A stretch of 64,000 nt of DNA from Setoptus koraiensis (taxonomy: Eukaryota; Animalia; Arthropoda). Numbering within the stretch: position 1 is the first letter of the stretch; every line of letters starts with the position of its first letter. The DNA lies in NCBI GenBank assembly GCA_048013815.1, contig CM106586.1, positions 23,684,001-23,748,000 of the forward strand, written 5' to 3'. Of this stretch, positions 10,311 to 23,071 are shown piece by piece. A model generated the notes under the pieces. That model had not been told where the DNA came from. It did no database searches and saw only the letters and a list, made by a program, of their open reading frames with translations. A program made the position numbers and the translations under genes.

Positions 10311-12264
10311 ATGAAACACAGGCATCATTCAGATTGTTTTCGAAAGAAATCAATATCAAAAGAAACCCAATTGCCCTATTCATACTTTTTGGTCAATATT
10401 AGGATTCTATTTTTATTGTATATATCCTTATTATCACCAACTCTGATAGGTTGTGATGAGCACAATCACCGTTACAACGACAATGAAGAGGTCGTCCTTT
10501 GGATGAACACAGTGGGACCATATCCAAATCATCAAGAGACATATAATTATTTCTCATTGCCATTCTGTCGTGGCCCTAAAAAAGAGATCTCTCACTATCA
10601 TGAAACTATAGCTGAAGCCATACAGGGTGTGGAGCTTGAATTTAGTGGCCTTGATATTAGATTCAAGAAGAATCAAACAGCATCAACACTCATTTGTTCT
10701 GTGCTGCTGGACGATGAAAAATTAAACAAGTTCAAATACGCTATCAAGAATCTATATTCTTATCAGATGTACATAGATGATCTACCTATGGAAGGATTGA
10801 TTGGCGAATACAGAAAGACAAGTGACGGACATGAGTCCTATTTTCTCTACAATCGTAAAGAATTCACGATTGGCTACAACGGTGATCGTATTGTTGAAGT
10901 TAATGTCACCTCCTCTAGTGCCCCAGAACAGGAATTAGATAAAATTAACCAAATAGACTTCGACTACACTGTGACATGGAAGCCATCCGAGATTAAATTT
11001 GATGACAGATTTGATATATATCTTGAACCAATGGTATTCAAGCCAAGAATCCATTGGTTTTCTATCATAAATTCATTTATGATGGTTCTATTTCTAGTTG
11101 GACTTGTTGGTATGATAATAATGAGAACTCTTCGTAAGGACTATGCTCGATATTCACGCGACGAATTTGATGATATAGAACGAGACTTGGGTGATGAATA
11201 TGGATGGAAGCAAGTACACACGGAAGTTTTTAGAACTCCTAGCCATCCAACAGCTTTAAGTATTTTGGTAGGCACTGGCTATCAGATAGCCTTTGTAACA
11301 TTTGTTGTGATATTATTTGCAATTGCCGAGGAACTTTACACAGAAAGAGGATCTATCTTGAACACTACAATCTTTACTTATGCATTCTTATCACCAGTTA
11401 ACGGTTACTTCGGCGGCGGACTATACGCACAATTTGGTGGAAGAAATTGGATAAGGCAAATGTTGTTGTCTGCTGCATTTCTGCCATCTTTAGTTTGTGG
11501 AACGGCATTTATGACAAATTTTATTGCCATTTACTACCATGCTTCAAGAGCTATACCATTCGGAACAATGATTTCTGTGGCTTGCATCTGCTTGTTCATG
11601 ATACTACCTCTGACCACAGTTGGAACTATTGTAGGCCGCAATGTCAGAGGTCAAGCTAATAACCCCTGTCGAGTGAGCTCAGTACCTCGTCCGATACCGG
11701 TAAAAAAATGGTACATGGAACCTAGCATCATAACATTTTTGGGTGGCATACTGCCATTTGGTTCGATTTCAATTGAGATGTATTTCATTTTCACATCATT
11801 TTGGACATTTAAAATTTATTACGTTTATGGTTTCATGTTATTAGTCTTCTTGATATCCATTGCAGTGACAATATGCGTGACTATTGTAAATACTTACATA
11901 TTACTAAATGCGGAGGACTACAGGTGGTAAGTAATCCAGAGGAATGTTACACAATTACTTATTAACTAGCTAATTTTATGAATCTAATCTAACAATTGAA
12001 TTTTTGTCTTCTCGTATAAATCATTCGCCGTTCAGGCATTGGCCCGCATTTCTCACCGGAGCCTCGACAGCCCTATACGTGTACCTATATTCGTTTTATT
12101 ACTTTTTCTTCAAAACGAAAATGTATGGTCTTTTCCAGACTGCATTTTATTTCGGCCACATGGCTTTATTCAGCTTGGCACTAGGTATAATGTGCGGCGC
12201 AATAGGCTACGTTGGTACCTCAAGTTTTGTAAGAAAGATTTACTCTACAGTCAAAATTGATTAG
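10311..12264 (+). CDS. TM9SF3: Transmembrane 9 superfamily member 3, 2 exons (10311-11926, 12036-12264)
   Basis: [42 protein letters not shown] and the C-terminal [14 protein letters not shown] intron at 11927-12035 restores AEDYRW-HWPAFL. Confidence 0.92.
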
Positions 12265-12466
12265 ATTTGTGTAAAAAAAAGAAAGATTAACTCTATGTTC
12301 CATAATACATATATCACAGCTATATTTATAGATGATGTTTATGCCAGCGTGTCTGAAAAGTAGTACACGTACCAAGAACTACACTTGTATCAATATCCGA
12401 TGTCGTCTGACTGACCATAACTCACACAGTTTCTAACTCATTGGATACAGTATCCGATGTGCATAG

Positions 12467-15400
12467 TTATGGACCAATAATCACTCTTGATTTTGACAAT
12501 TTTAAGTGTGCGATCTTGGTACTTTTTAACGCTAGGGCCCTTAGTTTGGGTTTTAGTGGCAGTCTCTTTGGCGGTCGTTGACGACTATCGCTACGAGTTT
12601 TGGTCGACAATGTTCTCTCACCTTTTTCTTGTTCGCGAGCTAGCGCTAGAAAGACGTCATCCAACGTTGCATCACTCAGCATATAGCTGATACATCCATT
12701 GAAATCGGCTCTTGTTTGTCTAAGTATTTTCAAGATGTATGATCTAGGTATTTTGGTATCTGTGATTTTGTATACAGCACTATCAACGCTCGTGTCATCT
12801 ACTATCAACGAAGGTATTTCCTGTTTGAGTTTTGCATTAACCGCTTCAATTAAAATCTTTGCGCTCAAATTAGCTTTTGGCGCCTTGACAGAGTCGAATT
12901 GTAACCTGAGTAGGTAGCCCTGATTGAATCGCTCTGACAGGTTTTGTACTGTTCCCAAGCATCTTATTTGTCCACGTGAAATGATGGCTAATCTGTCACA
13001 GATAGCCTCGCATTCCTCCATTGCATTCGAAGCGATAGCAATAGATTGTCTTGCGCGCAATTTCATGAGCGTCAATGATTTCCAAATGTTTCTTCTTGCT
13101 ATAGGATCGATGCCCGAGGTAGGCTCATCAAGCAACATTATTGGCGGCGATCCAATCCAAGCCAGAGCAAGCGCTAGTTTTTTCTTGGTGCCCGTTGACA
13201 ATTTGTGAAATAGTGTGTCAGAATGGGCGTGAAGATCTAGCAAATCCAAACAAGCATGTATGGCTGCGGTTGTATATCTTCGGTTAGTTATGCCTCTCAG
13301 TGTGGCCATTAAATAGAGCACCTCCACAAGTGTCAAATCGAACGAGAGCTCAGATTGGGGATCGTATCCGCAAAGTTGGCGACTCTTAGCCGACTTGGTG
13401 ACAATATTATAATAGCTGGCAAATAATTTGCCCGAATCCGGTTTAATATCGCTCGATAACAGGCGAAATATGGATGTCTTACCGGCCCCGTTGACTCCCA
13501 GCAAGCCAAATATCTCGTTCCTGGCAACAACAAATGACGCTTCATCGACAGCTCTCACGCCAGTACTATAAACTTTTACTGCCTCGTGCACCACAATGCC
13601 GGAATTATCTAGTGAGGCCTGTTCTGCTGGTGTATATTTCTTTTTATCCAAGGCCTTTTTCTCTATTAGTTTGCTCAAAGTGTAGGCCCTGTACTTTTCG
13701 TGCTCCACATCGTCGTCGGTGATTTTGGTGGAGTGATTCTTGGAATTGACAGTGTAGAAAAAAGAATCGTACAGATGTCCAAAATATGGCACTAGATCAC
13801 TGTATTCTACCGTGAACAACAATGAGATTAGAACGAACAATTGCAACAGTTGAATTAGTATAGGTTTCAGGAGGCCATCTGTTGAGAAAATATATGCCAG
13901 TTTCGTTGAATTAGTATCATTAGCGGCTGAATTATGTTTGAGGCAAATATCCAGCAGGGTGGCCAACGCAAGATGATAGGTTTCGCTGGGCACTATGTAA
14001 TGTAAAATGTTTTCTAGGCGCTCTCTTCTGCCACCAGTTTCCTTCACATTCCAAACAACGTCCAAATCCTTGTAGTAGATAACAATGAGATCTGTTGTGT
14101 AGCCAACAAAGAACACCACAACCATGGCCAGGCATGATGATATTGGGCCAGAGCACACTAATGACAGTATATAGCAGATAAACAGAATGGACGAACAAAA
14201 CAAGAATGTTACCAAGACAGCCGTCGATTGTGCCGTGAAGCCATACTCAATCATTGTGTCGAAGCCATAAATTTTCGACGATTCTTGTTGGTCGCCATTG
14301 TTGCCGGCTCGATAAATGTGGGCCATCGCGCCAACAGATATGCCCGAGTAGATAAGTATCATCACCAAATAAACGATAATAAGCACCATGTCGACAAGAT
14401 ATTGTGCGAGCCAATAATTGAATAGACTCGCTCTACTGTTCAATATTATCAGCTTGAATTTGGACTTGCGCTCGTCTGTAAGGAAAACTATGCAATGTAT
14501 GAATGCAAAAAATGCAAATAATCTGCTCGGAACGGCATAACTCTCAAAATAAATAAAACTTGCCAATGGTACATGTTCTCGAACAGTTTCCGCCTTGTCA
14601 CTGGCACTTTTGGTGCTTAGCTTACCGACATATTTCTCGGCCGTATATCTGAGGGAATAAAATATATAAAAGAACAAGGCGAGTGGAACAATCAATCGCC
14701 ACAGTATTGTCGAATAGAGATTTCTCATCAATACGAGAAATGTTTTCCCCATGAGAGCTAATGTGTATCTGAAACACGAATCCCTGACTATTGTTTGTCT
14801 GAGGTCGTCTTGTTGGACATCACGACCAGAGGCTCTGATAAGCGAAAATAGTTTCCTATTGATGACAGACTCTGTCAGTATGCCGCCACTCATTGCAACT
14901 GGTTCGTGAATACCTGATGAATCGCTGCTTGGGGTTATTTTTGCTGAATTTAATAGGACATCTTCGACGGTGGAGCCGTGCAAACTAAATGATTTGATAC
15001 CGTAGTACTGAGGGTCAGTCTCGATTTTCTCGAACAATCTTATCAGGCCGTCCTCTTCTTCGACCTCGGTTTTTTGGCTTGTTTTGAGCTCTATGAGCAT
15101 GTCGTTGACAGTTTTGTCGTCTTTCCATTTGATTGTGGCGTTTGCATCTAATGATTGCCTCGAAGCATGATTATCCTTTAACAAATCTATTGCAAGCGGA
15201 AAGAATTCGCGTACCAATTGCAGTGCATAATTTCTGTCGGCTTTCGGCATCAAGGCAAGTCGTATCTTGTTGCCAGAGCCTAGAACTCGCTTAAGGAACA
15301 CCGCCGAGCCGCAGCAAGTTATCTTGCCATGGTTCATAATGGCCACACGATCACCCAAGTAATCGGCCTCTTCCATGTGTTGTGTAGATATGAGCAAAGT

Positions 15401-17515
15401 TCTGTTGCTTTTTCGTCGCTTTATAGCGTCCCAAATTATCTTTCTAGACTCTGGATCCAAACCGGAACTCGGTTCGTCCAGCACCAAAACGGAACTGTCG
15501 CCCACAAACGACATGGCCAGACTCAGTTTGCGTTTAGCGCCACCACTTAATTTACTGGCAATTCTGCCTAGCTGTTCCCTGAGTCCAATTTCAGTGGCAA
15601 TGGCCACTATCTGCTGACTGATGTGATCCGGATTGATAATTTGCGCCTCTTGCTGCGTGTCGCCATTGATGGCTATGCCTTGCTTTATTTCGGCCATCAA
15701 CTGCAAATGCTCAAAGACAGTTAAATAATCAAATATGATACTATCCTGTGGACACATACTCATCTCAAATCGTGAATCGTTGTTACATGATTCAACATCC
15801 AAGCCATTCACGTAGACTTTGCCCGATGTTGGCCTCATTTTGCCCACAATCATGTTCATTATTGTTGTCTTGCCGGCACCGTTGTGGCCCAGCAACAGTG
15901 TCACTTGACCCTTGTAAACGTTGAACGATACCCCGTCAACTATTGTCTTTTCTTCGCCAAAATTAAAACAGTTTCCTTGGGACACATTCAATTGTTTGCT
16001 AACGTGATCTAGATAAATACCCAAGTATCTTTCGTATTTAAAGTCAATATTTTCAAAATATTTCTTATTTAAACCATGGGTGTTGGCGTTGATGCCGGCA
16101 ACGCCGTTACTAACTCCTAATTCATCAAAGTTCTCAGCACTATTGACGCCGTTCAACGATGCAAATGCATCCTTTATCATAGTGGGTTTGTTTGGGTCCC
16201 AACGGAAGGTCTTAAGAGTGGATCGACACCGGCAACAATTGAACGTCGAGCCGCTGCCGCCCTCGTACGGTTTCGATTGAGAGAAATCGTCGAGTAGGTA
16301 GGCCACCAGTACTAACACTATTGTCCAGATGAACGAACTCAATAGCAAATATTTATCTGACATTTGAAAATATTTGTTTAAATTGTCCTGATTTTTGCTG
16401 ATAGCAGCATACTCAACTGCATCAGTACTAACTAGATCAGTGTTGCCTTGCAGTAGTTGGCTGGAAATAATACTCCGCGATTCGCGACAATGTTTTAAAT
16501 AGGCCACACTATCCCAACCTGTTGTTAATTTTCTGTCGTTGATATAAATATACAAAACCATTTGTTCGGGTAGTAGGCAAGATATTACTTGAATCGCATA
16601 ATGCAGTGTTTTAAAACCTTCTTTGCGGAGCGGCGAGGAAAATTTCATTGCCAACGTCAGCAGCAAATGGCCTGTCCAGACAAGCAGCGATAACAGGGTT
16701 CCGAACAAGTGCGATTTGCATAAGCTGGCAAGGAAAAATTGTAACGATGTCGTATGAAGGACAAAACAAGCAAATGTTAGTAGATTCGTAATAAAATAAT
16801 CGGGCGCTACAATACTACTCATTACCATTGCAACCAGCATTGTTATCAGCAACGGCACAACTGTCAACACCATGTAGTGTGCCACATAATAGGGTTTCTT
16901 CATTAGACCGTGAATGTACAACAAAAAGCGCCTTCCGGTTATTTTGTCCTCAATGAGAAAATTCACACCCAGACAAAAGGGCGCCAGATAAATTGACCAA
17001 AGTGTCAATGCCAAAGCCAATTCGTTATACAAATCTGAATCGCCAAATAATTTTTGATTTATACTCGTCTGTGATAAAAATCGAGCCACATCTCTGGCTA
17101 TGTCAGTTGGCGTTTCATTTTCATAATCATGTACGTCTGACTGAGACTCATCACTCGATTGTTCAATTGTTGTTGGTGCTCTTGTTACTAGTGATGGCGA
17201 TTCTCTATCCTGGTTGGCATTTGGCACCTCTGTCGTACTATTTGTGATAGTACTGACCTTGGGAGGACGAGAAAACTCTTGACAATCGTTGACCCATTGG
17301 AAGTGATTCGAAATTGTGGCATACAATCCTATGCATAGTATAATGGTTGGCACCGCAATGTCAAATGTACAAAAACTGAACAAATGTCTCTTTTTGTGAA
17401 TGAAATAACGTCTAATAAGACTGTTTGCTTGTATGTAAGCACTCCTCCTTTTGCGAACGACAACATTCTTGGCACCGTGCGAGGTGGTATTTATATTCTT
17501 GATGGATTCATTCAT
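12467..17515 (-). CDS. ABC transporter subfamily A, full transporter, 1682 aa, single ORF
   Basis: Two TMD-NBD halves: GHNGAGKTT / LSGGAKRKLS / VLDEPSSGLDP and GVNGAGKTS / LSTGTKKKL / LLDEPTSGIDP. ABCA-type MEEAD and MEECEAIC motifs and C-terminal TLDDVFL. Confidence 0.9.
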   Translation of the reverse strand: MNESIKNINTTSHGAKNVVVRKRRSAYIQANSLIRRYFIHKKRHLFSFCTFDIAVPTIILCIGLYATISNHFQWVNDCQEFSRPPKVSTITNSTTEVPNANQDRESPSLVTRAPTTIEQSSDESQSDVHDYENETPTDIARDVARFLSQTSINQKLFGDSDLYNELALALTLWSIYLAPFCLGVNFLIEDKITGRRFLLYIHGLMKKPYYVAHYMVLTVVPLLITMLVAMVMSSIVAPDYFITNLLTFACFVLHTTSLQFFLASLCKSHLFGTLLSLLVWTGHLLLTLAMKFSSPLRKEGFKTLHYAIQVISCLLPEQMVLYIYINDRKLTTGWDSVAYLKHCRESRSIISSQLLQGNTDLVSTDAVEYAAISKNQDNLNKYFQMSDKYLLLSSFIWTIVLVLVAYLLDDFSQSKPYEGGSGSTFNCCRCRSTLKTFRWDPNKPTMIKDAFASLNGVNSAENFDELGVSNGVAGINANTHGLNKKYFENIDFKYERYLGIYLDHVSKQLNVSQGNCFNFGEEKTIVDGVSFNVYKGQVTLLLGHNGAGKTTIMNMIVGKMRPTSGKVYVNGLDVESCNNDSRFEMSMCPQDSIIFDYLTVFEHLQLMAEIKQGIAINGDTQQEAQIINPDHISQQIVAIATEIGLREQLGRIASKLSGGAKRKLSLAMSFVGDSSVLVLDEPSSGLDPESRKIIWDAIKRRKSNRTLLISTQHMEEADYLGDRVAIMNHGKITCCGSAVFLKRVLGSGNKIRLALMPKADRNYALQLVREFFPLAIDLLKDNHASRQSLDANATIKWKDDKTVNDMLIELKTSQKTEVEEEDGLIRLFEKIETDPQYYGIKSFSLHGSTVEDVLLNSAKITPSSDSSGIHEPVAMSGGILTESVINRKLFSLIRASGRDVQQDDLRQTIVRDSCFRYTLALMGKTFLVLMRNLYSTILWRLIVPLALFFYIFYSLRYTAEKYVGKLSTKSASDKAETVREHVPLASFIYFESYAVPSRLFAFFAFIHCIVFLTDERKSKFKLIILNSRASLFNYWLAQYLVDMVLIIVYLVMILIYSGISVGAMAHIYRAGNNGDQQESSKIYGFDTMIEYGFTAQSTAVLVTFLFCSSILFICYILSLVCSGPISSCLAMVVVFFVGYTTDLIVIYYKDLDVVWNVKETGGRRERLENILHYIVPSETYHLALATLLDICLKHNSAANDTNSTKLAYIFSTDGLLKPILIQLLQLFVLISLLFTVEYSDLVPYFGHLYDSFFYTVNSKNHSTKITDDDVEHEKYRAYTLSKLIEKKALDKKKYTPAEQASLDNSGIVVHEAVKVYSTGVRAVDEASFVVARNEIFGLLGVNGAGKTSIFRLLSSDIKPDSGKLFASYYNIVTKSAKSRQLCGYDPQSELSFDLTLVEVLYLMATLRGITNRRYTTAAIHACLDLLDLHAHSDTLFHKLSTGTKKKLALALAWIGSPPIMLLDEPTSGIDPIARRNIWKSLTLMKLRARQSIAIASNAMEECEAICDRLAIISRGQIRCLGTVQNLSERFNQGYLLRLQFDSVKAPKANLSAKILIEAVNAKLKQEIPSLIVDDTSVDSAVYKITDTKIPRSYILKILRQTRADFNGCISYMLSDATLDDVFLALAREQEKGERTLSTKTRSDSRQRPPKRLPLKPKLRALALKSTKIAHLKLSKSRVIIGP

Positions 17516-19566
17516 TGAGCATCATACATATCATACAGCGGGCTAATAACGTTAAATTACCGAATGTAATAATGACAATAGTCATGTCACTGCTAATTAA
17601 GACGTCTGGTAGTTGAAACGAAATGATAAATTAAGAGTAGCCGGCATGTCAGCAACTGGACAAACGATTGCATACTGATATCTGTAGCGCGCGACAGGCC
17701 AGCACTTTATCCACTGCATGCTGCGGCAATAATTTGCATCTGCTTAAATGCATATCATGTAGATTTATATCTTATATTTTGCACACTGCAGACGATAAAA
17801 TGCATATGACGCTAAAATGCCCGATCGCCTATGATGTGTGATCGCTTCTCCGACTACACTCTCTTTACTAAATATTTGGACGTAGCTCAGGCTGTTTCAT
17901 CGGCATCGATACACAAAATGTAAGCCGAATCAGAGCCAATCAGACTAGACTATTAGACTGCAAAGAATCTTTTGTGAAATGAGCAGTGAAGCAACGATAT
18001 TGACCTGTCGAAAAACGAGTTTAAGCACAATTCTCGTTGTGTTAGATTCCGGGTGAAAAAAGAGGCCGAGACTTTGAACTTGAATCAATTTTATTGATTT
18101 ATTTTTTGCTGATAGAATTAATTATGTGTGAGTAAGCCGCCATTTACACTTGTTAGGGGGCAGTCGTCTTTTTCAATGCAGCGTCTTTTTGCCGCCGATG
18201 TCAATCTCTGTAAACAGACATTACCCGATTGACATGGCAATGACTCTCATTTTATTAACAACAACGAATGAGTTCAACACTCTATCATTATTAAGCAATA
18301 ACACTGACTATTAATACCTGCTCTGTTTAATGCACAAACAAACAAACGAACGCATTACAATGGCGACAATTGTCGACAAACGGAAAACTTAATCGTCAAC
18401 AATTATCTAACTTTATCGAGGAGGCAATAGTTGGTGTTAGTTGACGTTTTAGACTGTTTTAGCTACAAGTGACCAGTGTCAACCTTGCGCCAGGGACAGC
18501 AACAATTAAATGTATATTGTCGCCATAAATATGCGCGATTCGTGATCAAGTGTTGGTCGAGTATTGAGTCCAATGAAATGGATTAAAAATCAGGATAAAC
18601 CACAGGAAATGTACACACACACACACGATTGACACCTTGAGTTTAGTTAGTTATTGATAAAGTGACTGGCCATTGATTGTTGTTGTCTTGTCGGAATAAA
18701 ATTACTTGCTACAACAAGTTATACAAGCTAGCCGACCAATAATAATAATAATCACCGGCTCAGTAATAACGATTGGGCAAACTCTGGGCCATTCAAAACC
18801 GTGATTAGCGAGTATCAATTGCACCTTTAAACAACTTTTATTAACGGCTAGAATAGAGCGCTTATTCAACTTTTTGAATACTACCAGCACCACTATCAAC
18901 ATCAACATCACCACTACCACTACTTGCATTGCTAGTTGTGTTGTTATTATATAATAATGTTAGTATGACGACCAATGAATTTATACAGTCTTGGCGAGTC
19001 TTGGCAAGCGAGTGAGTGGGTTACACACGCAGAGATTGACTGACTGACAGATAGTCAAGTTAGTGAAAAACTGACTTCTTCCACTGGTTTCACAGCATTG
19101 CGACTGTTGTCGTTCAAACAACCTTCGGTGGTTCCTTCGACCACTTGATTCGTTCGTTTTTGATACACTTCCGAATTCATGACACACAAAACGATAGACA
19201 CGGGCGGCGGCGGCGGCGCCGGCGCCGGCCAGTCGGAGGGAAACAAGAAAAAGCTCGCAGCGAAGAAGAAGGAGAAGCAGAGAAGTTGTGACAGGAACAA
19301 TTCGTGTTATTCATCGTTGTTTTTGTTGTTGTTGCTGCTGCTGGTTCTGGCTCTGGTTAATGTATTTCGCTAATGCAGGTGGAATTGTATATCTTGAAAT
19401 AAAATGGTTCTTCGGGCAAGCTTGCCGTGATATGCATAGTGTAGCCAAGTGCGAGAAGCCTTAGAAGCGAAAAAGAAGCGAGCCAACGAGAAATAGAGAG
19501 AAGGCTTTCCTAATCACTACCTCTTGTGTCTTTCTCCGGGCTTCTCTCTTTCTCTTCCTTTCTCCT

Positions 19567-19569
<3 letters not shown>

Positions 19570-19625
<56 letters not shown>
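19570..19625 (+). repeat. (CT)28 microsatellite / GAGA tract
   Basis: Perfect 56-nt CT dinucleotide run. Confidence 0.95.
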
Positions 19626-19627
<2 letters not shown>

Positions 19628-22018
19628 CTTCTCTCAGCCCCGACGGTGCTGTCCCTCAACCCTCTTCCTGCCGGCCAAACAAAGCAAGACAACACACAGG
19701 CGAATCAGGCACGTCGTTTGCTGCTGGCTAAAGGTGGCTTAGTAGTGGTGGTATTATGTAAATCTACTTGTCCACTTTCGCCCATACCCTTCAACAGAGT
19801 AATTAACTGTAATATAGCTGCTGGTCAGACGATTTTCATGGTTAACTAACTCACTGACTGCCTGGCTCACCAGAGGGTTTTGCCGCTCATTCATTGGGAG
19901 TTTATGTGTCGCTGTAATGGTCGTCGTCGTCGTGGTTGTTGTTGTTGTTGTGGTTGCTGTTGTCGAGATGGCCTAAATTGTTGTTGCATAAAATGATGAT
20001 TTTAAGTCGACACGAACCTCTCAAAATCTCTTGAATCTCTTGAAAGCGAGCGAGATATTCCCAAAAATATAACTGTAGAACCGTGTTATGCAACAATTGC
20101 ACAATTTAATTCATGAGCCAATGTGAGGAAAACCTCACTAGTCACTCTTGTTTAATTGTATGTTCAGTATTGCCAACTCGTTGCTGATGTTTAACCCGAA
20201 AGAGGGATGAAAGTTTTTTTTTCCGGTTCACTAGAGCTGCGCCCAACCCTCAGTTGAGTGCATTGTTGTTTTGGCCGGATCCAGCGTCATCATTAGACGT
20301 TAGCTCCTTCCTGATGGCTTTTTATTTTCACGCCATCAAAAATTACCACAAGCGCTATCACCGACGACGCACCGTGCACATTCATTTGGATCGACATTCT
20401 TCGAATTGTTTTCTTTAGAATGACTTCTTTGGATTGTTTGGACTCACACACACACACGACTTTACTTGGCACTCGTGATACTCGTGGAAAATGAACATCG
20501 ATCAAATAATGACAGACAATTCAACTCGATTGGACCTGTCACACTCGTTGAGTATGACACAATGAGGCAAAAGCCGATTGTTGCAGGCCGATTGCGAGCT
20601 GATAGCAGTATTTAAAAATAGTCGGTGTCCATTGCCACTCTGATCGCTCGCTGTTTAAATCAATTATCAGGTGCTTGATACAATTGACTTCAGACGGTTT
20701 AGCTAATGCAACTGATTGTGGCCAGCACCATTGACTGTTACAACGGATAACAACGTTACAATAGTTACACATTGACCAAAGTCACGCTAACGGTAAAAAC
20801 TACCCTCAGTAACAGAGCAACACCTACAACCATGGCCTAGCCTTACAACGGTGGTTGTGTCTAGTTTGAGTAACGTGAGTTACGTAAATATCGTGAATAT
20901 GTGTAAGTATGTGTGTGTTATTTATCTGGCCTTTATCTCTACTGCCAAGACAGCGTTGAGAAAGAAAGCGATTGGGCGGGCATTGAGATACTAGAGAACG
21001 GGATAGACTGAGAAAACTAACTTTCGTTTGTTCTCTCTCTCTTTATCATTGTGCCATGATAATGATGATGGCGAAAGCGGTGATGATCTAGACAACAGGT
21101 GAGTGAGCCAAGTTCATTATGTGTGCAAGCCTCCATTGAAGCACGATGAGCCAATAGAAGTAAACTTGAAATGTAAACCAACATGACCTAAAAAGAAGAA
21201 AATATAATCATAGTGGCGCAAAATAAAAAAGCGGAAGTGTCAGTATCAAGTGTGAGGAGGTACATCTTCTAATGGTCATAAAAGAGTGAGATGGCTACGA
21301 CTGCAGGCATTAGATTACTATAACTGTTTGATCAACAGCAACAGTAACAACGACACCGACACCGACACCGACATCTACAACTACAACTGCGACAACAACA
21401 ATAACAGAGCAAACATTTTTCGACCGAGTCGTATTATCAAGTTGCTTCGTTGCATTCCAATCGACGACTGAAGTAAGTTTAAACAACGGCACAACAAGTA
21501 TTCAAGTGTATCCAGTTCCGTTACCAGTTTTGTGCGATTGTGATCGGAGAGTATCATTTATCGGACAATAACTCGTTTTTTTTTCTGAACATATCGTAAC
21601 ATATAACGCAGATATAGTTTGTTTGTGTATATCGCCAACATCATATGCAAGCGGCGACAAATAAATATACTTACACGAGGTCAAGACCCAAATCAATTAA
21701 TCATCGATGAGAATAATGAGCAAAGTGTTTTCCAGCGAACAACCAACAAAACGAATACAAATCACCGACCAATAGTAATACTCATGATTGTGATTAACGT
21801 GATCGTCAACCAAATTAGCTCAAGTCAAGCAACGCTCAAGCCATGTTTATCCAAAAATAGTTTCCACTGTTTATTGAGTTCGTCCATATTTGTGTGATCA
21901 TTGATCTTATCTTGTCCAAAAATATTCCTCACCAGTATATTGATATCATTTAAACAACAACAACAATTATAGCTGCTACATTCAACGAGTCGTGCCCGAT
22001 CAAATCAAATCAACAGAC

Positions 22019-23071
22019 ATGTCAAATAGTCTATTAGACAGCTACTTAGCGTACCCGTCAATGATGATGGACAACATTGTATATATAACAGACGGATTTT
22101 GGCGTGAGGTGGGCGACTTTAGAGTACACGGCAAATATCCTCTTATGGCAGGTGGTCCTACACCAATAATAGGAATAGTGAGCCTATATGTTTTGTTTGT
22201 GCGCAGTATTGGGCCAAAAATGATGAAAAATCGCCAGGCCTACGATCTAAAATGGCCAATTAGAATATACAATATTGCCATGACATTATTTAATGCATAC
22301 ACATTTTATCGGGTGACAGTGCTAACTCGCTTCGGTATAGATTATTTTGGTTGCCGACAAGTGGACAGATCTGGTAGAACTAAAGCAGAAAATGAAATGG
22401 TTCAATTGGCATTTATTTATTTCTCATCTAAAATTGTTGAACTAATAGACACAATATTTTTTGTGTTGAGAAAGAAACAAAGCCAAGCATCCAATCTACA
22501 TGTATTCCATCATGGTTTTATAGCCATTTGCGTTTGGGTCTATTTCAAGATAGCACCAGGCGGAAGTTCTGTGTTATTTCCGCTATTGAACACAGGAGTT
22601 CACACAGTCATGTACAGTTATTATCTACTTGCCACCTTCCCAAATTTACGCAAATTTCTCTGGTGGAAGAAGTACTTAACCATATTACAAATAGTTCAGT
22701 TTCTCATGTCAATGATACACTTCTCTTTCCAAGGCCTATCCGATTGTAATTATCCATCAGCTTTAGCCATCATCGGATTCGGTTTCAATCTTGTATTTTT
22801 GATACTGTTTGTTGATTTTTACAAGCGATCCTACAACAACGACAGCAAGACTGACAATAGGCCAAAGATATCGTCGTCAACAACAAATTACAATCAATTA
22901 AAAAATGAAATGTCACTGAAACTGAAACAACAACAACAGCAAAAACAATCCTATCAGCCTTCAGATAAATTGTTAGTCAGGAGGCTGACGTGCGCTCAAT
23001 CACTAGACAATAATAATCATTCGACAAAATGTAAACCACAAATAATAGAACCGATAGTTTCCCCTTACTAG
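22019..23071 (+). CDS. Very-long-chain fatty acid elongase (ELOVL family); the ORF track starts at an upstream GTG (21992)
   Basis: All four ELOVL motifs are present: KIVELIDT, HVFHH, NTGVHTVMYSYY and TILQIVQ. Gln/Asn-rich C-terminal extension. Confidence 0.9.
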   Translation: MSNSLLDSYLAYPSMMMDNIVYITDGFWREVGDFRVHGKYPLMAGGPTPIIGIVSLYVLFVRSIGPKMMKNRQAYDLKWPIRIYNIAMTLFNAYTFYRVTVLTRFGIDYFGCRQVDRSGRTKAENEMVQLAFIYFSSKIVELIDTIFFVLRKKQSQASNLHVFHHGFIAICVWVYFKIAPGGSSVLFPLLNTGVHTVMYSYYLLATFPNLRKFLWWKKYLTILQIVQFLMSMIHFSFQGLSDCNYPSALAIIGFGFNLVFLILFVDFYKRSYNNDSKTDNRPKISSSTTNYNQLKNEMSLKLKQQQQQKQSYQPSDKLLVRRLTCAQSLDNNNHSTKCKPQIIEPIVSPY

